Source: Myxococcales bacterium | GTDB taxonomy: Bacteria > Myxococcota_A > Polyangia > Palsa-1104 > JAEUJZ01 | Direction: 5' to 3' | Assembly (NCBI GenBank): GCA_016794365.1 | Contig: JAEUKB010000025.1 | Location: 116,693 to 180,692, forward strand | DNA: 64,000 bases | Part shown: positions 9,448-18,071 of the stretch, in pieces | Layout: the number at the start of each line of letters is the position of its first letter | How positions within the stretch are numbered: position 1 is the stretch's first letter | Program-made: the position numbers and the translations under genes | The notes under the pieces: generated by a model | Seen by the model: the letters and a program-made list of their open reading frames with translations, nothing else | What the model was told of the DNA's origin: nothing | Database searches by the model: none

Positions 9448-10461
9448 CTAAAACTGGATGTACAGGTCGGGACGTAGCTTGCGCAGCGCGACGATCTCTT
9501 GGGACTGCTCGGTACAGGGTCCGCTCGGCAGCGTCAGCTTTCGCACGAGCAAGATCTTGAGCGTCGGCCACGTCAGCACCGGGCTGAGATCGCGCACATA
9601 CGAAAAGCCCACATCCAGTCGCCGCAGCGACAGCGCAGACAGCGGCGAGATGTCGGTGATCTCGGTGCCGTACAAGTTCAGCTCTTGCAGGCTGGGCAGG
9701 CGTTCCAGCGTGGTCAGGTTGCGAAGCGGCTGATGCGAAAGCGACAGGATGCGCAGCGAGGGCAGGTTCGGAATCGTGCGCAGAAAGTCATCTTGCTCGG
9801 GCACCGGCGGGTAATGAAGCAGCGTCTTTTGCCGCGCCGACAGATCGAGCTGTTTGAGCTGTGGCAGATCCGGCAGCGAGCCCATGCGCTCAATCGGATT
9901 GCTCGATAGATCGAGCGACAGTAGACCCGGCAGATGTTCCAGCGAAGCGAGATGCTCGTCGCAGACTCTGTTTACGGGCAACTGGAGATCGGTCAGCCGG
10001 ACAAAGTGACGCAGCGGCGACAGATCGCCAATGTGCGCACAGTGCAGCTTCAGGAACTCCAGCCTGGGTGCGATGGGAATCAGCGGGCTGAGATCGCTCG
10101 GCGGGTTCTTTTTGGCAAAAAACGACAGGCTCAGGCTGCCTAGCCCGGCGAGCGAATGGATCGACTTGAGCTCAAACTGCGGCAGCCCACTGTCCTTGAG
10201 CAGCCGAGGAAGCGAGATCCGGTACTTGCGAGCCAGTCGCTTGGCGCGCTCCAGCTCGGCGGGCACACAGGTACACACCATCCGAAACAAATACGCGGGC
10301 AGCAGCGGCGCAGGATCGATCCCTTGCTTGGCACACAGTCGCTTTCCCTGCGCAACCTCGGTCAGATCGTCACTACACAACAGCTCAAGCAGCGCATCCA
10401 CCTGCACGGGCAGCGGAGAGAGCGGGTTCATGTGATCTGTGATGGTAAACCAGCGACGCAT
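9448..10461 (-). CDS. leucine-rich repeat (LRR) protein, probably cytoplasmic (no signal peptide)
   Basis: Repeated L..L..L.L..N.I.dlspL units (LTDLQLPVNRV, LLSLDLSSNPIE, LKQLDLS, LRILSLSHQPLRNLTTLERLPSLQELNLYGTEITDISPLSALSLRRLDV). Convergent with the collagen-like gene. An alternative start exists at the M 10 codons in (10431). Confidence 0.7.
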   Translation of the reverse strand: MRRWFTITDHMNPLSPLPVQVDALLELLCSDDLTEVAQGKRLCAKQGIDPAPLLPAYLFRMVCTCVPAELERAKRLARKYRISLPRLLKDSGLPQFELKSIHSLAGLGSLSLSFFAKKNPPSDLSPLIPIAPRLEFLKLHCAHIGDLSPLRHFVRLTDLQLPVNRVCDEHLASLEHLPGLLSLDLSSNPIERMGSLPDLPQLKQLDLSARQKTLLHYPPVPEQDDFLRTIPNLPSLRILSLSHQPLRNLTTLERLPSLQELNLYGTEITDISPLSALSLRRLDVGFSYVRDLSPVLTWPTLKILLVRKLTLPSGPCTEQSQEIVALRKLRPDLYIQF

Positions 10462-10566
10462 CCGGCTGCTTGGTGAACGCTACGTTCGTCGCAGCGGGCA
10501 GGGTTTTGTAAGTTTTGCCATAATGGGCTGGCGCGATCGAAAGGGTGCGACGCGCGACCGGGGGGA

Positions 10567-11559
10567 ATGAGCAAGCGGCTCCGCTCACTTTTGTTGGAAG
10601 AAGGTGTGGTGTCTGCGCTGCGGATGGCGCAGGCGCTGGATCTACAGTCTCGACGCAGAGGCTGCCTGGACACCTGTCTGCTAGAGCTGCGCGCGATCGA
10701 TGAGCCGTCGCTGCTTCCGTACCTCAGTCGCGCCGCAGAGCTGCCGGTGCTGGCGGACGGACTGCTCGGAACGCAGAGGCCGCTGCCTGAGGTGCTGGCG
10801 CTGTTTCCGCTGACGCTGGCTGCGCGCTTTTCGGCGGTCCCTGCACAGCTTTTAAGCGACGGTGTGCTGCAAGTGCTGGTCACGGTCGATGCCGAGGCAT
10901 CCGAGCTAGAGACGCTGTCGCACATCTTGGCCTATCGCATCGAGCCGTGGGTGGTCTGCGAGTTTCGCCATCACGAAGCGCTGTCGCTGTGCTTCGGTCA
11001 GGCGCTGCCCGCGCGCTTTGCGGAGCTGCTGGTTCAGAGTCAGCGGACTCGGCAGCGACGAGCGGTTCCGGTTCCGCTGTGGAAAGGTCACTTGCCGCGC
11101 TTCGGCAGCCTGGATGCCCCGCGAACGCTGCTGGCCCAGCGCCCGACCGAACCCATCGTGGAACCCGTCGTGGAACCCATCGTGGAACCCATCGTGGAAC
11201 CCATCGTGGAACCCGTTGTGGAACCCGTCGTGGAACCAGTCGTGGAACCCGTCGTGGAACCCGTCGTGGAACCGAGCGTGGAACCGAGCGTGGAACCGAG
11301 CGTGGAACCAGTCGTGGAACCGAGCGTGGAACCGAGCATGGAACCAGTCGTGGAACCGAGCGTGGAACCCGTCGTGGAACCGAGCGTGGAACCGAGCGTG
11401 GGACCGAGCGTGGAACCGGCTGTGCGCGATCCCGAGGTCGTCACGGTCAAAGAGCATCTTCGTCGGCAGTATTACGGTCCGGGTCGCAGCTTGGTGCGCT
11501 GGATCACCGTGAAGAGCTACAGCCACCGTCGGGCCGCTCCCGGCAAAAAGTCGTCCTAG
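10567..11559 (+). CDS. MshEN/T2SSE_N-like (GspE N-terminal, c-di-GMP-binding type) domain protein with about 25 tandem EP(V/I/S)V tetrapeptide repeats
   Basis: The N-terminal 150 aa match the two-lobed T2SSE_N/MshEN pattern (LRSLLLEEGVVSALRMAQALDLQSRRRGCLDTCLLELRAIDEPSLLPYLSRAAELPVL...LAARFSAVPAQLLSDGVLQVLVTVDAEAS). Then comes TEPIVEPVVEPIVEPIVEPIVEPVVEPVV...EPSVEPSVGPSVEPAV, encoded by a 12-bp tandem DNA repeat at about 11150-11415. Confidence 0.6.
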   Translation: MSKRLRSLLLEEGVVSALRMAQALDLQSRRRGCLDTCLLELRAIDEPSLLPYLSRAAELPVLADGLLGTQRPLPEVLALFPLTLAARFSAVPAQLLSDGVLQVLVTVDAEASELETLSHILAYRIEPWVVCEFRHHEALSLCFGQALPARFAELLVQSQRTRQRRAVPVPLWKGHLPRFGSLDAPRTLLAQRPTEPIVEPVVEPIVEPIVEPIVEPVVEPVVEPVVEPVVEPVVEPSVEPSVEPSVEPVVEPSVEPSMEPVVEPSVEPVVEPSVEPSVGPSVEPAVRDPEVVTVKEHLRRQYYGPGRSLVRWITVKSYSHRRAAPGKKSS

Positions 11560-11625
11560 TGATGTGGCGAAGCGCGTCGTGAATCGCTCCCAGCTCGGTT
11601 CAAAAAGCGGCTACGATCAAAAGGC

Positions 11626-12714
11626 TTGGGCGCACGCATCTATTCAGCCAGTCAGGTCTGTCGTGTTCACGTCGAGCTGACGACTCGCTGCAACGCTGCG
11701 TGCCCGATGTGTCCTCGCACCAGAGCGGGCGGAGCGCCGAACCCGAACCTGCCGCTTGTCGAGCTGCGACTTACTGACTTTCAGACCATGTTTCCCCCGG
11801 AACTGCTCGGGCGGCTCAAGCAGTTTCTGTTCTGTGGCAACTACGGCGATGCGCTGACGGCACGCGATACGCTGGCGATCTGTGAATACCTACGCGCGCA
11901 CAATCCGAAGCTGAAGATCAAGCTGGTGACGAACGGATCGGGACGGGACGCGGCGTTTTGGTCGCAGCTTGCGAAGGTGGTGACGACGGTGACGTTTGCC
12001 ATCGACGGGCTCGGTGAGACAAACCAGATCTATCGTCGGCGCACAAGCTGGAAGCGGGTGATGGAATCGGTGCGCGCCTATCTGGCAGCGGGTGGACGGG
12101 CCGAGTGGGACTTTTTGGTGTTCCGTCACAACCAGCATCAAGTCGCCGAGGCAGAAGCGCTCGCGCAGGAGCTGGGCTTTGCCAAGTTCAACGTCAAGCG
12201 CTCGCAGCGGTTTTTGGTCGAAGGTCAGCCCGCCGAGCGCTTTCCGGTGCTGCGGGCACAAGGTGGCATCGAGTACTACCTAGAGCAGCCGACGCTGCCC
12301 GACTATCAAAACAGTGGCTTTGTGAAGCTGTCGAGCCTGCACAAGCGGGGACAGAGCTATTCCGATTATCTGTCCTCGACGCGGATTTCCTGCAAAGCGG
12401 TGCGCGACGAGCAGATCTACGTCAGCGCCACCGGACACGTCTTTCCGTGCTGCTGGCTCGGGCAGATCTACGACTCGTGGCCGTCGCCGATGGCACAAGA
12501 GATTCGTGCGCGCATCGCAGAGCTTGCAGACGGGCTCGACGCGCTGGATCTACGCAGACATCGCTTGTCCGACATCATCGACGGACCGTTTTTCCAAGAG
12601 CTGGTCGTGCGCGGCTGGAACCCGGATGCGCCGCAAGGTCGGCTGTCGGCCTGTGGTCGGATGTGCGGAGAAATCGATACGCACTCGCGTCAGTGGGAAG
12701 CAGGCAGCGTGTGA
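11626..12714 (+). CDS. radical SAM enzyme with C-terminal SPASM-like auxiliary-cluster domain (protein/peptide-modifying type)
   Basis: N-terminal CNAACPMC (C-x3-C-x2-C) cluster; FCGNYGDAL (glycine-rich SAM motif position); KIKLVTNG and AIDG beta-strand motifs. The C-terminal Cys cluster CKAV...GHVFPCCWLGQIY...CGRMCGE resembles the G.V.PC SPASM signature of anSME/AlbA-type maturases. The only in-frame start after the upstream stop is TTG at 11626. Confidence 0.7.
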   Translation: MGARIYSASQVCRVHVELTTRCNAACPMCPRTRAGGAPNPNLPLVELRLTDFQTMFPPELLGRLKQFLFCGNYGDALTARDTLAICEYLRAHNPKLKIKLVTNGSGRDAAFWSQLAKVVTTVTFAIDGLGETNQIYRRRTSWKRVMESVRAYLAAGGRAEWDFLVFRHNQHQVAEAEALAQELGFAKFNVKRSQRFLVEGQPAERFPVLRAQGGIEYYLEQPTLPDYQNSGFVKLSSLHKRGQSYSDYLSSTRISCKAVRDEQIYVSATGHVFPCCWLGQIYDSWPSPMAQEIRARIAELADGLDALDLRRHRLSDIIDGPFFQELVVRGWNPDAPQGRLSACGRMCGEIDTHSRQWEAGSV

Positions 12715-12727
12715 TACGCTCGACGCG

Positions 12728-13294
12728 ATGAGCAGATGGGCTCTCGTTTTTTTGTTCGGGCTTGGCTGTAGCAAAGGCGGTGCGCCGCCGGATGGCATGA
12801 TCGACTTGCGGCAAGCGCCCCCGGATCTGACGTTTGGAGATCTGTACGAAAGCGATGCGCCGATTCCGCCGGATCTGAAGTTCGGGGATCTGATGCCTGC
12901 ACCGGATCTGAAGTTCGGGGATCTGATGCCCACGTCGGACATGACTGTGTCGCGAGACATGGCAGCGCCAGCGGATTTGGCAGCGCCAGCGGATTTGGCC
13001 TATCCAGTCAGTCAGAGCGTCGAGATCTTCGTCGATAACACTTGCAAGATGGATGTCTTGCCGAAGAAGTTCGATGTGCCGCCCGGTAGCTCGCTCAAGC
13101 TGACGTACACAAACCGCAGCCGCGACTACAAAGTGGACATCTGGGCATCGTACGGAGGCGGCTTCACGGATCTGCTACCCGGCGCGTCGTGGGTCGAGCG
13201 CTTCGAGTATTGCCGCTATCCGCGTCCGTACAGTGCCTACTTGGACATCAGCACTTCCTGCACGCGCTATCGTCTGATGGTGAACTGCTTGTAG
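12728..13294 (+). CDS. small lipoprotein with three PDL(K/T)FGDL(M/Y) repeats in its N-terminal tether and a 4-Cys C-terminal domain; candidate substrate/partner of the upstream radical SAM enzyme
   Basis: Starts 13 nt after the radical SAM stop. Lipoprotein signal MSRWALVFLFGLGC. Repeats PPDLTFGDLY / PPDLKFGDLMP / APDLKFGDLMP, then AAPADLAAPADL, then a folded-looking domain with 4 Cys. Confidence 0.65.
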   Translation: MSRWALVFLFGLGCSKGGAPPDGMIDLRQAPPDLTFGDLYESDAPIPPDLKFGDLMPAPDLKFGDLMPTSDMTVSRDMAAPADLAAPADLAYPVSQSVEIFVDNTCKMDVLPKKFDVPPGSSLKLTYTNRSRDYKVDIWASYGGGFTDLLPGASWVERFEYCRYPRPYSAYLDISTSCTRYRLMVNCL

Positions 13295-13517
13295 ACGCTG
13301 GCTCGACGGCGCGTGAGTCGCTTGAGTCGCTGAAGCTTGGACCAAGTGATCGCGGAGCCGCGTGCTCAGCTTGCGCGGACGGAGCGTGGTGTCGTCCTTG
13401 TGAACCGCTCCGCTGATGAAGCGTCTCAGCTTGTCCAAACCACTGGGTTTTTCCGTCGGACCGTGAGCGCTCATCGGTGCCGTGAGATGCGCAGGTGAGT
13501 CCCGGTATAATGAAGGG

Positions 13518-14777
13518 ATGGCAACCTCTGATGAACCCGCGCTACAGACCCTGGCTGCGGCGCTGAGCGACGTTGGACTGATTCGCAAGAACAACGAAGA
13601 TTCCTTTTTGTGCGAGCCAGAGCTGGGCCTGTATGCCGTGGCGGACGGAATGGGCGGACACTCGGGCGGCGAGGTGGCATCCGCAATGGCGATGCAGTCG
13701 CTGCGCAGATCGCTTGCCGCTGTGCCGGATTCGGGCTTTTTGGCTGCACCGACGCTTGCGAACCGTCGGGTGATCTTGGACTTTTTGCGCAAAGCGGTCC
13801 TCGATGCCAACGCTGAAATCTATGCGCGGGGTCAGAGCGATCCGACGCTGCGCGGCATGGGCTGTACGCTCGATGTGGCGCTTGTGCGCGGTCGCAGCCT
13901 GTTTTTGGCCCACGTCGGAGACAGTCGCGTCTATGGACTGCTCGGCGGTACGCTCTATCAGCTCACCGAAGATCACACGTTTGGACAGACGCTTCTTTCC
14001 GGCGGTGCGATGACGTTGGAAGAAGTTCAGCGTCATCCGCAGCGGAACCTACTGATGCGGGCGCTCGGTGTGTATCCGAAGGTCGAGGTAGACACCGCGT
14101 ACCTGGACATTGCGCCGGGGGATGTGTTCTTGCTCTGTTCCGACGGAGTTCACGGGCTGATCGACGCGGAACAGATCACTTCAGCACTGGCCAAGCATGC
14201 GCAGTTTGCGCCGCGGACGCTGATCGATGCTGCGCTCGACGCTGGAGGTCGAGACAATGCCACTGCGGTGGTGCTGCAAGTCGCGTCCTGCTCGGTGTGT
14301 GAGCCGATTCGAGTGGGATCGGAGTCCGTTCGCTCGGTGATGGCGTCTGCCAGCCTGTTTGCGGACTTTAGCTCCGTTGAGCTGCTGCGGATTCAGCGCA
14401 TCGCGATTGGGCGACTGGTCAAGGCCGATGAGGTGGTCTTGCAGCTTGGCCAGCCGCTGATCGAAGTCTATCTGGTCATCGACGGTGCGATGTCTGTCTG
14501 GCGAGACGGAATACAAGTTGGCTGGTTTGGTCCCGGCGATCCGTTTGGCGCGTTCGCGCTGCATCAGAGCGACAGCGACGTGGTGGTCAAAGCCGATGCA
14601 CCGACGCGGCTGCTGGTGTTTCCGCTCGAACCGCTGCTGGAGCTGATCCAGAGCGACACCGCGATGGGCGTGAAGCTGGCACGGAACTCACTCAAGCGAG
14701 TCTGGCAGCGCTTTTTGCAGCTCTCGACGCAGCTGGCCCGCGCGCGCAACCGGACCGACAAGAGCCAGAGCACCTAG
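13518..14777 (+). CDS. PP2C-family Ser/Thr protein phosphatase fused to a C-terminal cyclic-nucleotide-binding (CAP effector) domain
   Basis: PP2C motifs (GLIRKNNEDSF; LYAVADGMGGHSGGEVAS; LCSDGVHGLI; DAGGRDNATAVV). The C-terminal 120 aa resemble a cNMP-binding domain (GQPLIEVYLVIDGAMSV...GPGDPFGAFAL). Start taken at the ATG at 13518 (GAAGGG RBS). Confidence 0.8.
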   Translation: MATSDEPALQTLAAALSDVGLIRKNNEDSFLCEPELGLYAVADGMGGHSGGEVASAMAMQSLRRSLAAVPDSGFLAAPTLANRRVILDFLRKAVLDANAEIYARGQSDPTLRGMGCTLDVALVRGRSLFLAHVGDSRVYGLLGGTLYQLTEDHTFGQTLLSGGAMTLEEVQRHPQRNLLMRALGVYPKVEVDTAYLDIAPGDVFLLCSDGVHGLIDAEQITSALAKHAQFAPRTLIDAALDAGGRDNATAVVLQVASCSVCEPIRVGSESVRSVMASASLFADFSSVELLRIQRIAIGRLVKADEVVLQLGQPLIEVYLVIDGAMSVWRDGIQVGWFGPGDPFGAFALHQSDSDVVVKADAPTRLLVFPLEPLLELIQSDTAMGVKLARNSLKRVWQRFLQLSTQLARARNRTDKSQST

Positions 14778-14838
14778 CGACGCGAGCGTCAGCCGATCAA
14801 GCATCAACCGATCAAAAAACGCGCGTCATCGCGGAAAT

Positions 14839-16230
14839 CTACGCAAGTGTTCCGTCGAAGAACGTCGCGTGAATGGCTTCCAGACCGCGCTGGGCGTCTT
14901 TTTCTTTGACGATGCACGAGATGTTGATCTCGGATGCGCCTTGCGAAATCATTTCGACGCTGATGCCGGTCTGACCGAGTGTGGAAAACAGCTTTCCAGC
15001 GGTGCCGATGCTGTCTTTGATGCCCGATCCGACGACTGCCAAGATGGCGCGCTCGGGAGAGATCATCACTTGGCCCAGCTGCTCTAGGTCGGCGCGGGCT
15101 CTGTCGGCATCGGACTGTTTATCGACGGTACACGAGATGCTGACCTCGCTGGTGGATACCAGATCGACGACGACACCGTGACGCTCTAGCGCACCGAACA
15201 CGCGAGCCAGAAAGCCGTAGGCGTTATACATCCGGTTCGACGTGACGGTGACGACGCAGATGCCGCGCTTGACGGTGACGGCTGTGACGCTGCCGGAGGA
15301 CGCTTGGGGTTCGCTGGTGATGACGGTGCCGCTGCCGTCGGGTCGGAAGGTGTTCTTGATCCGAATCGGAACCTGCGCAGAGACGACGCGCTCCATCGTG
15401 AAGGGATGCAGGACTTCGGAACCGAAGTAGGTCAGCTCTGCCGCTTCCGCCGGAGAGATCTTGGGCAGCACGCGCGCACTTTTGACCTTGCGTGGATCGG
15501 CGGTGAAGATGCCATCGACTTCCTTCCAGACCTGCATTTCTTCGGCGATTCCGTATCCGAGTCCAGCGGCGATCATCGCGGTGGTGAAGTCGGTGTAGCC
15601 GCGTCCGACCGCGTGAAGCAGTCCGCCGGGAACCATGCCAAAAAAGCCCGTCACCACCGGCACTTCGTCGTCCGATGGCTGACACAACGTCGCGATCTGG
15701 GCTTGTAGGCGACGGAAAAACGCGGGATCGACTTCCTTTTCGTGCTCGGGGACAACCTGCGACAGATCGACAAAGCGACTTGGGATCCCGCGATCGCGCA
15801 GCACCGCCGACAGGACAGACGCGCTCAGTCGCTCGCCGAGCGCCATCACCAGATCTTGTGATCGCGGCGACAGCTCACGAATGACGGCAATGGCTTCGAG
15901 AAAGCGCTGAAGCTTTTCGAGCTCTGCTTGGACAAACTGCAAGGTCTGCTGGCGCAGCGATTCGGTTCGGATGGCCTGCTGCACGGCGCGCAGGTGAAGC
16001 TGCTCAACCAAGGACAGCTCGTGGGCAAACGGTGTGCTGCGGCGCGCAGAATCGGCAGCCGAGAGCAGCAAGCTGGTCGTGCCTTCGGCTTTGGTGGTTC
16101 CGCTCATCGCGGATACAACGGCGATCACAGGCCGCGCGCGACGGGTGTTTTCAATGATGGCAGCGACGCTGTGAAGGCGCTCCGCGCTGCCCACGCTGGT
16201 CCCGCCAAACTTCTGAACGATGATGCCCAT
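14839..16230 (-). CDS. lysC: aspartate kinase (aspartokinase) with C-terminal ACT domains
   Basis: N-terminus MGIIVQKFGGTSVGSAERL and amino-acid kinase family motifs; the C-terminal ACT-like repeats (VAVVGSGI...ISVEMISQGASEINISCIV) are typical of aspartokinases. Confidence 0.88.
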   Translation of the reverse strand: MGIIVQKFGGTSVGSAERLHSVAAIIENTRRARPVIAVVSAMSGTTKAEGTTSLLLSAADSARRSTPFAHELSLVEQLHLRAVQQAIRTESLRQQTLQFVQAELEKLQRFLEAIAVIRELSPRSQDLVMALGERLSASVLSAVLRDRGIPSRFVDLSQVVPEHEKEVDPAFFRRLQAQIATLCQPSDDEVPVVTGFFGMVPGGLLHAVGRGYTDFTTAMIAAGLGYGIAEEMQVWKEVDGIFTADPRKVKSARVLPKISPAEAAELTYFGSEVLHPFTMERVVSAQVPIRIKNTFRPDGSGTVITSEPQASSGSVTAVTVKRGICVVTVTSNRMYNAYGFLARVFGALERHGVVVDLVSTSEVSISCTVDKQSDADRARADLEQLGQVMISPERAILAVVGSGIKDSIGTAGKLFSTLGQTGISVEMISQGASEINISCIVKEKDAQRGLEAIHATFFDGTLA

Positions 16231-16242
16231 GCGTCTAGGGGT

Positions 16243-17832
16243 TTAGCTGCTTGGGAGCGCGCGCTTGAGGATTTTTCCGGCGGGGGATAGCGGCATTTCG
16301 TCGAGAAAGCGAATGGCTTTGGGCACTTTGTAGCGAGCGAGCTGTTGCCGAAGGTAGGTGAGCAGCTCGTCTTCGCTGACTTCGGTGCCGGACTTGCGGA
16401 CGACGAACGCACGACCGACCTGGCCCCACTTTTCGTCGGGAATGCCGATGACGGCGCACTGCTTGACGGCGGGATGTTCGTATAACAATCGCTCGATTTC
16501 GACTGGATAGACGTTTTCTCCGCCGGAGATGAACATGTCTTTTTTGCGGTCCACGATGAAGAAGAAGCCGTCTTCGTCGATCTTGGCGATGTCGCCGGTG
16601 TGGAACCAGCCTTGGGCGTCGATGGCTGCGCGGGTGGCTTCGGGATCGTCGAAATATCCCGAGCACATCGCTGGACCTTTGAGCAGCAGCTCGCCCGCCT
16701 GTCCCGTCGGTAGATCGCTTCCTTCGTCATCGACCACGCGCGCGGCAACCAGCGCATTCGGGCGTCCGATCGAGCCCGCTTTGGTGTGCGCAAACTCGGC
16801 GCCCATGCTGAAGCAGCCGGGACCAAACTCGGTCATGCCAAAGCCTTGCTTGAACGGAATGTCGTGGATCTGACGGAACGCGTGGATGAGCGGAACCGGC
16901 AGCGGCGCACCTCCGCTCGTTACAAAGCGCACCGACGCAAACGAGGTCTTGGCCAGGCTGGGCGTATCGAGCAGCATCTGATACTGCGTCGGCACACAGA
17001 AGAACATCGTGACCTGTTCGCGCTCGATGAGCCGCAGCAGCTCGACGGTGTCCCACTTGCGCATGATGATGACTTTGCCGCCAGATAGAAGCAGCGGCAC
17101 GGCATAGACGAGCAGGCCTCCGGTGTGAAACATCGGTGTGTGGACGACGGTGACATCGCCGGGAATCAGCTCGTGAATCATCGTGGTGAGCGCGTTGTGC
17201 GCGACCATCCGATGCGAGATCATTGCAGCCTTGGGCAGTCCGGTGGTGCCGCCGGTTCCGAGCAGACACAGGATGTCTTCTCCGCTCGGGCCTTCGCCTT
17301 GGGCACACAGGGGCGGACCGTCTAGCGGACCTTGGGTGACGACTTCTTCAAACGACAGCGCGTCCGGCGACCCTGTGCGAAGTCCGGTGCGCAGATAGGT
17401 ACACGATGTCGCGTAGTGTGCGCGGAGGTAGGCGGCGTGCTCTTCGTACTCGGGACCGAACACAAACGCGCTCGGGCCGGTCTTTCCGACGACTTCGTGT
17501 AGCTCGACCGGGTGGAGTCGAAAGTTGTACGGCGCAAAGATCGCACCGAGCTTTGCACAGGCGAGCAGCAGATCGATGTACTCGATGCCGTTTTGCGCAA
17601 GCAGTCCGACGCGATCGCCCTTGCCGATGCCGCGCGCAGCCAGAAAGCGGGCCAGGCGACAGGCTCGCTCGTTGAGCGCACGATAATCGAAGCGTCCGGC
17701 TTCCCCGCGCTCGACATCGACCACAGCCGTTTTTGCGCCAAAGTACACCGCAGAGCGGGCCGCGTAATCGACCGTTTGGGCAAAGGCATCACGATACGTG
17801 GTTCCAGCCAGCGCCGGGACAGCGGGGTTCAT
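16243..17832 (-). CDS. AMP-dependent synthetase/ligase (acyl-CoA synthetase family, possibly long-chain fatty acid-CoA ligase)
   Basis: AMP-binding motifs (LLGTGGTTGLPKAAMISH; YGMTEFGPG; GWFHTGDIAKIDEDGFFFIVDRKKDMFISGGENVYP; LPLSPAGKILKR). Separated by 12 bp from aspartate kinase on the same strand. Confidence 0.85.
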   Translation of the reverse strand: MNPAVPALAGTTYRDAFAQTVDYAARSAVYFGAKTAVVDVERGEAGRFDYRALNERACRLARFLAARGIGKGDRVGLLAQNGIEYIDLLLACAKLGAIFAPYNFRLHPVELHEVVGKTGPSAFVFGPEYEEHAAYLRAHYATSCTYLRTGLRTGSPDALSFEEVVTQGPLDGPPLCAQGEGPSGEDILCLLGTGGTTGLPKAAMISHRMVAHNALTTMIHELIPGDVTVVHTPMFHTGGLLVYAVPLLLSGGKVIIMRKWDTVELLRLIEREQVTMFFCVPTQYQMLLDTPSLAKTSFASVRFVTSGGAPLPVPLIHAFRQIHDIPFKQGFGMTEFGPGCFSMGAEFAHTKAGSIGRPNALVAARVVDDEGSDLPTGQAGELLLKGPAMCSGYFDDPEATRAAIDAQGWFHTGDIAKIDEDGFFFIVDRKKDMFISGGENVYPVEIERLLYEHPAVKQCAVIGIPDEKWGQVGRAFVVRKSGTEVSEDELLTYLRQQLARYKVPKAIRFLDEMPLSPAGKILKRALPSS

Positions 17833-18071
17833 CAGCGATTCTCCTTCGGGTGAGTCGTCTTTAGGCTATCAGACCGCAACTGCTCCGAAAACCACCGACT
17901 GTGGAGCGCGTGCGGACGAAACGAACATCAACCGGCGTCCGAAACCAAAGCTGGGCGGCTGCGTTTGTTGGGATGCGGCCACGAGTCGGGAATCTTCGTT
18001 GGCTGACCCGACCAGATCGGCTACGATCGCGACTCCCGCTCTCTGAAAAACGGCAAGGGTAGGAAGGTCTT

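Noticed and set aside
9458-9909. Plus-strand ORFs (91 and 136 aa) inside the LRR gene region
   Set aside because: Arg/Gln-rich shadow frames opposite a gene with clear leucine-rich-repeat periodicity.
10947-11582. ORFs 10947-11582 (+) and 10906-11526 (-), 11088-11450 (-) with GTRRGT / HARFHA / GSTTGST repeats
   Set aside because: These are alternative-frame readings of the 12-bp tandem repeat inside the MshEN-domain gene. Only the frame continuous with the conserved N-terminal domain (EPVV repeats) is credible.
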